64,000 bases of DNA from positions 24,802,001 through 24,866,000 of the forward strand of contig CM059432.1 in the NCBI GenBank assembly GCA_030390025.1, in the 5' to 3' direction. This DNA is from Squalus acanthias (taxonomy: Eukaryota). The notes beneath the pieces were generated by a model that did no database searches, was not told the DNA's origin, and worked only from the letters and a program-made list of their open reading frames with translations. Numbering within the stretch: the stretch's first letter is position 1; each line of letters starts with the position of its first letter. Below, in pieces: positions 11,789 to 22,344 of this stretch. The position numbers and the translations under genes were made by a program.

Positions 11789-12976
11789 GGGGGAAAAATA
11801 CAGTATCGTCCCGTTTGGGGCGCAATTATCGGCCGGGCGCAAAGTTTAGCGCCTGGCGCTAATTATCGCCTCCGATTGCAAACTTGGCTTTTATCGCCTC
11901 TGGAGGTGATTGGAGTGCTAAATCAGGCGCTTCACACCTGTCTTAAGGCGCAAAGGCCGAGGAGCGAGGCGCTACCTCAGAGCGCTGGCGAAGCTCATGT
12001 GATGTCAGTCAGCAATGGAACACAGACGCAATGGCGCCGGCCAGTTCTTAAAGGAGAGGGTTGATCTTGCGCTCCATCCACATCCTATTCATTGCAGCCT
12101 TGAATCTCGGCCTGGAGAGACCTGTACATGAAATCTGCTGGAAAGAACAATGGAGAGTACCAGGGAAAGAGCTCAGAGTGCAACCCCCACAGTCTCTTCT
12201 AAATCGATACAAGGAAGGGCAAATCAAAATGAACCTGCAAAGTACTGCTCAGTACCCAAAACACCTTCACACAGCGTTGAATCTCTTCAGAAGTCTCTCT
12301 CTCTCTCTCAGAATGCGTGGTGCAAAAATGTCACCAACAAAAAAAGGCAGGAAGCGGTTGCCTTTAAATAGCGCTCCCCCAGTCCCTTCCATAAGAACAT
12401 AAGAACATAAGAAATAGGAGCAGGAGTAGGCCAATCGGCCCCTCGAGCCTGCTCCGCCATTCAATAAGATCATGGCTGATCTGATCCTAACCGCCAATCT
12501 ACTATCTACTATCACAGAACCATCTCCTGCATCTAACAGAATTGCACACACGAAATAGGAGCAGAATCAGGCTACACGGTCCCTGGGCCCGCTCCACTAC
12601 CCACAGGGCCATGACCGATCCGAACCTAGACTCATGTCCAAATTCCTGCCCTCTCCCCGTAACCCTTAATGCCCTTTACCCTCTACTCCGGACTGCAAAA
12701 CGCTCCCCTCAACCTGTCGTTGCTAGCGGCAGGCGGTAAGACAGGGGGCGCCACTCAATATCCGGTCCGGGGCGCTACCGGGGCGTTGCGCACTCCACTG
12801 ACGTCACGATCTGCCGGCACAAGAGATCGTGGTGGTAGTGTTTGGCACCGCAAAATGTCTAGTTAATTTCGTGAGCGGCGCAAACATCGCCGCCCACGGG
12901 CACGAGTTGCTTGGCGCCCCATTAGCGCCCTCTTAAGGCGCTAACGGGAGGCGCAAACCAACTGAATTTTTCCCCC
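11789..12976 (-). mobile_element. Harbinger MITE, subtype B, interrupted by a CR1-tail insertion
   Basis: Same TIRs; flanks TAT/TCT; inserted in a CR1 (GATTCTAT)n tail; extra ~300 bp at 12391-12690. Confidence 0.9.
12391..12690 (-). mobile_element. CR1 3'-end insertion with two tandem 3'-UTR-like modules
   Basis: On -: KGIKGYGERAG-coding end, diverged UTR, spacer, canonical UTR, (TTCTTATG)n tail; absent from sister MITEs. Confidence 0.75.
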
Positions 12977-13167
12977 TCTGATTCTATAACCCTGCAAGCT
13001 GATTCACTTATAGGTAGCATGGTCCTAGCTGGACAAATTTACCAGTACTCTATACAGGTGAGTTGTACAGTTTCAGCTGGTAAGACTCCAGCAGGAGCCT
13101 TCAACGTGCTTGGTGATCCCTAAACCTTTGTTCTGCCAACCTGAGCCAAAACTCTCTGGGGGCATTC

Positions 13168-14945
13168 GGCCGTGATTTCGCCTTCCGAGGTGGGTCTCGT
13201 GCGGCCGGGGTCGGTGGCAGGGTGCAACCCCACTGCTGGCTCCATCCCGCTCTGTGAAAAGAATTTTACGCTGATTGGGCTTGTTAAGCCCGCCCAGCAC
13301 TTTTGCCGGCCAATTGAAGGAAGCGGGTCTGATGACGTCACTTGATGACGCGTCATCAGCCAGTTTCCATAAAGGGACCATGCGCAAAGTGTTTTTGACA
13401 GTTGTGCTGTCAGTGTTCTACAACATTGAGGTGCTGCAAACACTGACAAGCACTGCACAGAGATGCACGGCTGCATCCAGGCTCTCCCATGGCTCCCTCC
13501 ATATGCTTATGGTGGGAGTCACAGCACGCAGTGAGGTTCTCTTCCCTTCCCATGGGCGGAAGAGACCTCCCCAGGAGACCAATGCAGTCTGGTTGCACAT
13601 TGCACAGGAGGACAAAGCAGGGATGTCGTCAGGAGGACCAGGCTGCAGTGGCGCAAACCTTTCAATGATCTCAGTAGATCACGAAACGTTACTGCAAAGC
13701 CACACTCAACCTCATCCTGTTGTGCCACTCATCACATCCACATCACTCTGCCTTCCCTACCCTACTCCTGCACATCCTTACTCACACCAACTTACCTTCT
13801 ACCTCCACCCATCCCTCTCTATCTACATTATCACATCCCCATCTCATTAGCCATCCCTCACACTCACCCTCATCCTAGTCCAATCATACCAACTAACAAC
13901 ACCCAAGGATGGGCATTTGAGTGTTTTAGCCAATGTTCATGTGAAGTTTCTGTTAATGTGTGTCAAATATTTTACCTTTATTTTCAACACTTTGCGTTCT
14001 TGGACAGATCTGTGTGCACCTTTGGAAGTGGCTTAGTGTGTTGCAGTGAATAGTGAGACATAACGGAACCCCTGCAATCGTGGAGTGTGAAAGGAATGGC
14101 TTGGGAATTGTAGGGATGCTTTATGGTATTGGTGTGGGGTGGTGCCAACCTGGCGCATCATGTGGCAGCCAGAGTGTACAGCGTCAAGTGAAGTAAATCC
14201 AGCAATGGTGAGGCCATCCCTGGCGTCCAGGGCAGCAATGTGCTCAGGTGCTGATGCCGTCTGTCCTGTGCAGCATCAGTTGATTGCGGAGAAGGTTGGT
14301 GTTGTTGTTAGTGCTGCTGGTGTGCCTGGTGCTGCTGGTGTTGGGGCTGATCGTGGTGGGATTCTGAGGACCAAGGTGAGAGTTTTTCAAGGGCACCGAT
14401 GCTGATGGAATAGATGGCAGGTGAGGTTGAGATGACAGAAGCGATCTGTCAATGGTGAGAGAGGTTGTTCCAATGAGGTGACACTGGATAGGGTGTTAGT
14501 TCCAAACACTTGCAAGCTGCATAAAGCTCAATCTGTCTTCAAATGCAGTAAGTAACAGCTTCCAACCTTGGAAAGTGAACAGCTATGAAATGGGAGATTT
14601 TATAGGCCATTTGCAGCTGTCAAGTAAAGAAATCATCCCATGCTGACACAACACCCGACCTCCTTATCTGACGTGATCCGCGAGCAGCGGGGAAGCCATT
14701 GGCGAACTCTAAAAATCTAAAGGTAAACACAAAATACTAGTTAATTGCCTCTTTACAATCTCTCTAATGATGTAAATTGCTTCCCCCGCTGCTTGGTGTC
14801 AGGTCTGTTCAGCGTTGACAGACCCGACATCTGGGAGACTAGCGTGGAGGCGGGTTGACAGCGAGTTTCCTACCCACTATCAAAAATAAATTCCCAGCTG
14901 ACCCGCCTCCAAACGCCCCCACTGAACCCCTGAAAAATTCCCCCC
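13168..14945 (+). mobile_element. Non-autonomous Harbinger derivative, ~1.75-kb family, copy 2
   Basis: Collinear with 900-2647 over most of its length; frameshifted Myb remnant; ends GGCCGTGATTT and AAAATTCCCCCC. Confidence 0.8.
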
Positions 14946-15199
14946 TTTGAGCCTGAAAATCATGGTGCAATACTCACCATTCTGATAGTGCCTCTATTGG
15001 CTCCACCGCCATTTTGATTTGACCGAGCGGTCCAGGTGTCCACCTGCATCAGTTTCTAAATAGGGATCCTCCCATGCAGATAGCAAATTTTACAGGAAAA
15101 CTTGAAGCAGCTGCTCAGTGAAAAATCCACTCAGTAAAGTAGGTGGTAGAGAAAGTAAATTGGAGATGTTTCAAGGGGTACTCTGAAGTTTGCTGCATC

Positions 15200-15470
15200 A
15201 TTTAATAAATGGGCACTGGTTATTGTAGAGCTGTAAATTTTAAAGGAGTGAGTTTTTTCCTTTTATTTATGAGTCTTTTCAGACTCAAACAATTGAGCAA
15301 CTCTTATCTGGATGGCGGAGATGGAAGAGAAACAGGAGCAGCAAGAGAAACAGGATGGCGAGGAGCAATCTGCAAGAGAGGCTGGTGCAAGAATGGTAAG
15401 GGGAGGAGGTTAACAAAGGCGGCAATATCCATGCAACAGGGTCTACAGTCACCGACGAACAATGTATTAG
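15200..15470 (+). pseudogene. Remnant of the 5' end of another Harbinger transposase
   Basis: MEEKQEQQEKQ...RRQYPCNRVYSHRR resembles RRAYPPRVYR in the intact transposase N-terminus. Confidence 0.45.
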
Positions 15471-15479
15471 GTTTAGCAA

Positions 15480-15995
15480 CACAAAATGCTGGCAACAGTC
15501 AGCAGGCCAGGCAGCATCTGTGGAGAGAGAAACAGAGTTAACGTTTCAGGTCTGTGACCCTTCGTCAGAACTGGAAAAAGTTAGAGATGTAACAGGTTTT
15601 AAGCAGGTGCAGAGGCGGGGAAAGTGGGGGGGGGGGTGGGGGGGAGGGGAGGAAGGAACTAAAGGGACGGTCTGTGCTAGGATTGAAGGCAGAAGAGATT
15701 AAATGTTGCAAATGGGGATGGCAGAATCATCAACAGCTGCCGCCTGAAAAAATGGGGGAGTTATAGTCTGAAATTGTTGAACTCAATGTTGAGTCCAGAA
15801 GGCTGTAAGGTGCCTAATTGAAAGATGGAGTGCTGTTCCTCGAGCTTTCGTTGAGCTTCATTGGAACAGTGTAAGAGGCCAAGGACAGAGAGGTTAGAGT
15901 GGGAGTGGAGCGGAGAATTAAAGTGACAAGCGATAGGAAGCTTGGGGTCACCCTTACGGTCTGAACGGAGGTGTTCTGCAAAGCGGTCACCCAAT
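15480..15995 (-). mobile_element. Penelope-like element 3' fragment: GIY-YIG endonuclease C-terminus plus terminal repeat
   Basis: GDRFAEHLRS...LPIACHFNS..HS...RKLEEQH.IFQLGTLQPSGLNIEF. Confidence 0.88.
15536..15572 (-). ncRNA. Minimal type I hammerhead ribozyme motif
   Basis: AGTT-CTGACGA-A-GGGTC-ACA-GACCT-GAA-ACGT-T-AACT: catalytic core, stem II, palindromic stem III, AGTT/AACT stem I. Confidence 0.72.
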
Positions 15996-16319
15996 CAGGT
16001 ATTAGGTTTGACTGCAAGGTTGTCAATGCCCTGTATCACCTGCTGCGGGCAGACCTGGAGCCCACACTGAGAGGTGGCCAAGCCTTGCCTGTGGTGAGCA
16101 AGGTCAAAACGGCGCTGTAGGATACCACCAAGGTTCATAAGAGTAGGAGAAAAGAAGCTCGAATAGGTGACACCAAATTTGGGATTTAAAAGCCTGGAGA
16201 TAGTAGGGGCAAGGCAAATCTGACGGAGGCAATGAGTTTTATAGCTTTCATGTCCTGCGAAAAAATGAGTTAGAATAGGAGACAATAAAGCAGCACCAGA
16301 GAATCAAAAGAAGTAGGTG

Positions 16320-17741
16320 AGGACATTATAGATACTCTTGTCATGATCTTCCAAAACTCTCTTGATTCAGGAATTGTCTCCTTGGATTGGAAAATTGCCA
16401 ATGTCACTTCATTATTTAAGAAGGGTAGGAGAGATAAACTAAGAAATTATAGGCCTATTCGTCTAATATCTTTTGTGGGGAAGTTACTAGAATCTGTTAT
16501 TAGGGACAGAGTGACTGAACACATGGACAAACATGAACTGATCAGAGATAAACATGCATTTATAAAGGGTAAGTCATGTCCAACGAACCAAGCTGATTTT
16601 TTTGAGGAGGTAACTAATGTGGTAGATAAGGGAGTGTCTGTAGATGTTATTTATATAGACTTCCGGAAGGCATTCAATAAGGTTCCACATAAGAGATTGT
16701 TAACAAAAATGAGAGTGCATGGAAGTGAAAGAAATCTATTGACATGGGTAGGGAATTGGTTAGGAGGTAGGAGACAAAATGTCGGCATAATGGGAATGTA
16801 CTCAAATTGGCAGGATGTGACTAGTGGTGTCTCCCAGGGATCTGCGCTCGGGCCTCTGCTTTTCACTATATGTGTAAATGACTTTGATGAATGAATAGAG
16901 AGCTGTATATGCAAGTTTGCTGATTGCATCATGTTAGGTGGCACAGTAAGTAGTGTAGATGGGAACTTTCAGTTGCAAAAGGACATTAATAGATTAAGTG
17001 AGTGAGCAAAACTAAGGTAGATGGAATTCAGGGAAATGTGAGGTCATCCACTTGGACCTAAGAAAGATAGATCAGAGTATTTTCTAAGTGGTGAGAAGCT
17101 AGGAACTGTGGTTGAGCAGAGAGATTTAGGGATCCAAGTACAGAAATCACTAAAAGATGGTAGGCGGGTACAAAAAATAAATAAAAGGCTAATGGAATGT
17201 TGGGCTTTATCTCAAGGGGGTTGTAAATTATGTTACAGTTATATAAAGCTCTGGTTAGACCCCATTTGGAGTACTGTGTTCAGTTCTGGACACTGCATCT
17301 CAGCAAGGATATATTGGCCTTGGAGGGGGTGCAGCACAAATTCATCAGAATGATGCTGGAACTAAAAGGGTTAAATTATGAGGACATGTTGAATAGACTA
17401 GACTTCTACTCTCTTGAGTATAGAAGATTAAGGGGTGATCTAATAGACGTGCTTAAGATGAATAAAGGAGTTGATAGGGTATGTAGAAAGAAATTATTTT
17501 TATGGTGAAGCATCTAGAACCTTCAAATTAGAGCTCGGCCATTCAGGGGTGCTGTCAGGAAGCAGTTCTTCACACAAAGGGTAGTGGAAATCTGGAACTC
17601 TCTCCCCCAAAAAGTTGTTGAGGCTAGGTCAATGGAACCAAGGCGGGTAGATGGAGTTAAGATACAGATCAGCTGAGATCTAATTGAATGGCGGAACAGG
17701 CTCGAGTGGCTGAATGGCCTACTCCTGTTCCTATGTTCCTA
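16320..17741 (+). mobile_element. Degenerate CR1 LINE ORF2 (reverse transcriptase) plus 3' UTR
   Basis: DWKIANVT.LFKKG, NYRPI.L.S..GKLLE, YIDFRKAFNKVPH, VTSGVSQGSALGPLLF; stops and frameshifts downstream. Confidence 0.92.
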
Positions 17742-17929
17742 AGCTGCTGGAACTAACATTTAGCATTACTAAGACTGAGGCCCTGAGGTAAGGTGTTGAA
17801 ACTGAGAACTTCTGTTCAGTAAGGCTATAGTCTGAGTGATGATGTCAGGACTGACAACATCAATTTGATAGGAACTGGGCTCCTGGTTCAAGGTGTAGAA
17901 GCTTGAAATCAGCAGCAGTGTTACCTGAT

Positions 17930-18345
17930 CTTTGGGTACTCATTCTTAGTAGCATTCTTGCCTCTAGGTCAGATATTCCTGGGTTCAAGTCACACTCTCA
18001 GCAGTTTAATAGATAATCTATACTGATATATTATTGAGGTAGGAAGTGCTGTCTTGTCAAAGATATGTAAACTGAGCTTCCAATCTGCTTGTTGAGGTAG
18101 ATACTAAAGATCACATATTTAAGCAAGAGTACAGAGTTGTTCCAATGGTCTGATCGTCATTCCTCTCTCAATCAATATCACCAAAAAGACAAATTAACTG
18201 GCTGTTCATTCTTGTTGTTTGTGGAATATAGATGTATGTAAAATAGCTGCTGCCACATATTCATCTGCATAATTCATTGTATGTGAAGTACTTTGAGGTA
18301 TTTCTAAGAGACCTGATAAGAAGCTATGTAATTGCAAGTCTTTCT
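17930..18345 (+). mobile_element. Old tRNA-head/L2-tail (HE1-like) SINE
   Basis: B box GGTTCAAGTC; collinear with 32952-33383. Confidence 0.6.
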
Positions 18346-18604
18346 CTCTCTTTGTCTTTTTCTTCCTTTTTCTTTAATAACTTTGAACAAAGCAAAGGGA
18401 AACTTATAAACTAAATTATAATATTATTCCTGGGGGTAAAAATTCAGTTGGTTGCGCCTCCCGTTAGCGCCTTAAGAGGGCGCTAATGGGGCGCAAAGCC
18501 GCTAGCGCCCGGGCGCAGCGATGTTTGCGCCGCTCGGGAACTTAGCTAGACATTGTGCGGCGGCGCTAAACTTTACCGCCGCGACCACCTGCGCGCGCAG
18601 ATTG

Positions 18605-18749
18605 TGACGTCATTCCATAGTGCAACGCCCTTGTGGCGCCCCGGAGCGGAAATTGAGTGGCGCCCCCTGCCTTACCGCCTGGCGCATCCAACGACCGGAA
18701 GACTGGAACGCTATCAATCGCTGTGGGGCTGGGGGGGGCGCTATTTAAA
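18605..18749 (+). promoter_or_regulatory. Putative transposase promoter (CRE TGACGTCA, GC-rich tract, TATA-like TATTTAAA)
   Basis: TGACGTCA 18605-18612 and TATTTAAA 18742-18749, about 200 nt upstream of the ATG; conserved in the MITE copies. Confidence 0.55.
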
Positions 18750-18943
18750 GGGGGCCTCTTCCTGTCTTTTTCTGTGGTTGACATTTTTGCACCACTCGTT
18801 CTGAGAGAGAGAGAGAGATGCAGAGAGAGAGAAAGAGAGACTTCTGCATTGAGTCAACGCTGTGTGAGGTAGTTTTGCCTACTGATCCTAACTTCGCTGG
18901 TACTTTGGTTGCTGTCCTTCATAACTTTGCTTGCAAAGAGACT

Positions 18944-20104
18944 ATGGGGGCTGCACTGATTGGGGGCGTCGTCCTGCTCCAGCTGAATCGGAGGACACAG
19001 AGACGCAGAGAGAGAGTGGCAATGATGGCCAGACGGAGGAGGGCCAACAGGCGTATGTACAGGAGAGCTTACCCTCCCAGGGTATATCGTGAACAGCTCT
19101 CCTACATTCATATGTCTGAGGAGCTGTGTTTGCGAAGGCTGCGATTCAGCAAGGAGGTGGTCACTGAGCTCTGCCACCTGCTGCAGCCAGATCTGCAGCC
19201 TCAACTGAGGTCCAGGACGTCTCTGTCGGTGGCAGTGAAGGTCACAGTGGCTCTCAACTTCTATGCTACTGGCTCATTTCAAGCTGCTGCTGGGGACCTC
19301 GCCAATATCTCCCAGTTCGCGGTGCATTGCTGCATCCGGCAGGTCACAAATGCCCTCTTTAAAAGGAGTCGAGAGTTCATCTCTTTCCCCATGACCCCAG
19401 ACAAGCAGCGTGACCGCGCTCTGGGCTTTGCGAGGATAGCGGGCTTCCCCATGGTGCAGGGCACCATTGACTGCACGCATGTGGCTTTGCGTGCTCCACG
19501 TGAGAATGCCGAGGAATTCCGGAACAGAAAGGGGTTCCATTCCTTGAATGTTCAGTTGGTCTGTGACCACAGACAGCTGATACTCGCTGTCAATGCACAC
19601 TATCCTGGTAGCTGCCACGATGCTTTCATCCTGCGCCAGACTACTGTGGCAGAACTTTTCGAGGCACCGCATCAGCCAGTTGGTTGGCTTCTCGGGGACA
19701 AGGGGTATCCATTGAGCACCTGGCTGATGACACCGCTCCGTACGCCCAACACCCCTGCTGAGCTGCGGTACAACGAGAGCCATCAAGCTACCAGGAACAT
19801 CATTGAGCGCACAATCGGCGTGCTGAAGCAACGGTTCCGCTGTCTCGACCATTCTGGAGGAGCCCTGCAGTACTCGCCTGAGCGAGTACCCAACTTCGTA
19901 GTTGTGTGCTGCATGTTGCATAACATGGCAATCGTCAGGACCCAGCCAATGCCACCAGGCCTTGGAGCACCACCAGAGGAGGAGGAGGAAGAGGAGGAAG
20001 AGGACGAGGAGGATGATCATCAGCAGCACCAAGGCGGGAGGGCGGCCCACAATGGTGAAACTGCAAGGGCCGTCCGTCAATGGCTGATAGCAAGCCGCTT
20101 CTAG
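18944..20104 (+). CDS. Harbinger (HARBI1-like, DDE_Tnp_4) transposase, ~386 aa, intact
   Basis: Motifs GTIDCTHV, FRNRKGFHSLNVQLVCD, PGSCHDAFIL, WLLGDKGYPL, YNESHQATRNIIERTIGVLKQRFRCL; N-terminal LRRLRFSKE...HTH-like region; acidic tail. The ORF is open from 18818, but the ATG at 18944 (MGAAL), downstream of a TATA-like box, is the likelier start. Confidence 0.95.
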   Translation: MGAALIGGVVLLQLNRRTQRRRERVAMMARRRRANRRMYRRAYPPRVYREQLSYIHMSEELCLRRLRFSKEVVTELCHLLQPDLQPQLRSRTSLSVAVKVTVALNFYATGSFQAAAGDLANISQFAVHCCIRQVTNALFKRSREFISFPMTPDKQRDRALGFARIAGFPMVQGTIDCTHVALRAPRENAEEFRNRKGFHSLNVQLVCDHRQLILAVNAHYPGSCHDAFILRQTTVAELFEAPHQPVGWLLGDKGYPLSTWLMTPLRTPNTPAELRYNESHQATRNIIERTIGVLKQRFRCLDHSGGALQYSPERVPNFVVVCCMLHNMAIVRTQPMPPGLGAPPEEEEEEEEEDEEDDHQQHQGGRAAHNGETARAVRQWLIASRF

Positions 20105-20233
20105 GGCCCCTGCTGTGGAAATGGCTTCTGCCATTGCTAACAACATCATTGAACCCAGCACGCAACCCCTAAGCCGGCCAAGGCACCAATGATTCCAAAC
20201 ACCAAACATGTATGTTTTGAATACAAAAACTTA

Positions 20234-20389
20234 TTTATTTTACAAACTCTGTGTGTGTAATTTCCTCATGACAAACTCATAGAAATAAACACAAAAAAAC
20301 AGTCATTAACATAACTGGTTCTCACAATCTGGAGATAATGTCCAAAACACTAGACAAAAGTTGGACCACGAACCTCGGCCTTTAATAAA
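20234..20389. terminator. Convergent polyadenylation signals between the two Harbinger genes
   Basis: AATAAA on + at 20284 and 20384; TTTATT (AATAAA on -) at 20234. Confidence 0.5.
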
Positions 20390-20416
20390 AAAATGACCAG
20401 CATTTTGTCACACCTC

Positions 20417-21393
20417 CTACTTTTTGCCCTTCGAGGGTGATCTCCTTCCCTTGCGCACTTCCCCCCTTCTAACCCTACTGCTCCTCCGTAATGGGACCTC
20501 AGTGGCTGCAGCAAGGCTGGTGGAAGGCTGCAGATTGTCAGACCCTGACACTGCAGATGCCTCTGAAGGACGGCCTCGACCAGTTATGGGCCTGGAGGGC
20601 CCGGCTGCAGACTGCACCAACTCTGCATGGGCGGCAGCAGTCTGTCCTACAGGCGGTGGCAAGTGCAGTGGAGAAGTGACAGTGTTGGCAGCAGGAATGC
20701 TGTCATCGTGAGAGAGGACAGCAACTCCCTGCTCGACCGACACACTGGCACGCCCACGGGGCAGCACTTCAGCATCCGGAGCAATCTGCTGGAGCACAGA
20801 TTGCTGGCCTGCTGCAGCGCGGTGAGAGCCCCGGGGACATTTGAACGAACCATCGAGGTTGGCAGCAGTCAGTGCTCGCGTGGCCTCAATCTGAGTCTGC
20901 ATTAGAGCAGTCAGAGATGGGATCACGGCAGTCAGTGACTGAATTGCAGCACTAAGCGTTAGTGTGGCATCCGCGTGTGCTACAGCGAAGTGCTCCACAC
21001 TCCTTGCCAGTGACTCAATGCATTCGGGCACCCTTCCCACTGCACCCATGAGCTCAGTGTGCATGCCCACCGCCTGGGTGTTCATTTCTGCGATCAGCCG
21101 CTCCTCCTCTGCGTCCATTGCAGTAGGAGTCGCTGGCATACTCTCCCTCTGGGGCGAAGGCCCCCGTTCTTCCCTACCCCCATGGCGTTGCTGCAGCCCG
21201 CTGGGTCCTGGAGCTTCACCCTCATCAGACCCTTCCCCCCTGCTCCCCTCCAAGGAAGGCGTGTTCCCAGTGTGGGCATGGGCTTCCTCGGGAGAGGGTG
21301 GCACTGATGCTCCGGCTTCCTCTTCCTCCTCGGCTGCAGCTTCACTCCCACTGGCAGCTTCAGGGCCCGTCTCCTCAGCTGGTGAATCACCAT
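20417..21393 (-). CDS. Harbinger Myb/SANT protein, exon 3 (977 nt, to stop)
   Basis: Acceptor CTTTCAG; phase-1 join is in frame with ORF 20417..21304. Exons total 1377 nt = 458 aa + stop. Basic C-terminus RRSSRVRRGEVRKGRR is NLS-like. Confidence 0.87.
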
Positions 21394-21552
21394 CTGAAAG
21401 CAGGGAGGTACAAGAGTGGCTTTAGCGTGAGGACAGGGTGACAGTAAGGGAGGAATAAGTGCAGCGAGTTAGCAAGTTGGATTGAAAGTGTCAAAGGCTG
21501 GTGTTGTGAGGGACAAGTGGAAGGACAGAGGACAAAAAGGTGATGACCTTAC

Positions 21553-21715
21553 CATTGCTGTCCAGAACGGGGTCGGCGTCTCCAGTGGTGACGGGACCGA
21601 TCACCCGGCTTGCCACAATCCTGTGGACGCACTCCTCAAGATCGCTGAGGGGTTGCAGCTGAGGCCGCCCTCCACCTGTCCGTTGCTGCTGTCTCTTATT
21701 ATGCGCCAGCTTGGC
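21553..21715 (-). CDS. Harbinger Myb/SANT protein, exon 2 (163 nt)
   Basis: Acceptor TTGCAG precedes AKLAHNKRQQQRTGGGRPQLQPLSDLEE (TGGG motif typical of these proteins). Donor GTAAGG at 21552, phase 1. Confidence 0.88.
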
Positions 21716-21749
21716 CTGCAAGTAAAAGGACAGCATCTGAGTAAATATA

Positions 21750-21965
21750 CAGCCATGGTCTTGCCTGATGTGCCTCCCATAGGTGAATAGCCCTTACTGT
21801 ATGCAGCCATGGTCTTGCCTGATGTGCCTCCCATAGGTGAATAGCCCTTATTGTATGCAGCCATGGTCTTGCCTGATGTGCCTCCCATAGGTGAATAGCC
21901 CTTACTGTATGCAGCCATGGTCTTGCCTGATGTGCCTCCCATAGGTGAATAGCCCTTACTGTATG
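21750..21965. repeat. 54-bp minisatellite, 4 tandem copies, in Myb intron 1
   Basis: Unit CAGCCATGGTCTTGCCTGATGTGCCTCCCATAGGTGAATAGCCCTTACTGTATG at 21750, 21804, 21858 and 21912. Confidence 0.95.
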
Positions 21966-22107
21966 CAAAGTGTGGAATGTGTGTGTGTGTTTCATGAAAG
22001 GGCCATAGGTGTTGGATGAGTGTTGTGCATTGGGGTTTTAAGACCCTCTGGCCATAGAGTGAGGTTGAGATGGAGGGATGGAGAGGTATTGAGAAAAAGC
22101 CACTCAC

Positions 22108-22344
22108 CCTGACGACCCGAGTGAGGTCGTTGAACTTTTTGCGGCATTGAACATGGGTCCTGGGCACCATGCTCCTGGAGGAGACGCTCTGAGCCGCCTC
22201 CCTCCACACTCTTCTGTACTCGCGTGGCAAAGGCCTCCTGCCACTCTCAGGGAAGAGTATACATCTTCTGCGCTCCACCGCGCCAACCAGAGCATCCAAG
22301 GCCCGCTCGGTGAAGCGCTGAGCTCGTTCTCTCACCCTCTCCAT
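22108..22344 (-). CDS. Harbinger Myb/SANT (trihelix) DNA-binding protein, exon 1 (79 codons)
   Basis: MERVRERAQRFTERALDALV...VWREAAQSVSSRSMVPRTHVQCRKKFNDL is a Myb/SANT-like domain. Followed by donor GTGAGT at 22107, phase 0. Confidence 0.92.

Noticed and set aside
18944..20104. Domesticated host gene HARBI1 (with NAIF1/MSANTD for the Myb gene)
   Set aside because: Both genes lie within TIRs and a TSD and have multicopy MITE derivatives, so this is a transposon; no gene symbol assigned.
19274..20209. 311-aa antisense ORF
   Set aside because: Shadow of the GC-rich transposase reading frame; no motifs.
21750..21965. Regular repeats as a CRISPR array
   Set aside because: Units are contiguous with no unique spacers, there are no cas genes and the context is eukaryotic; it is a minisatellite.
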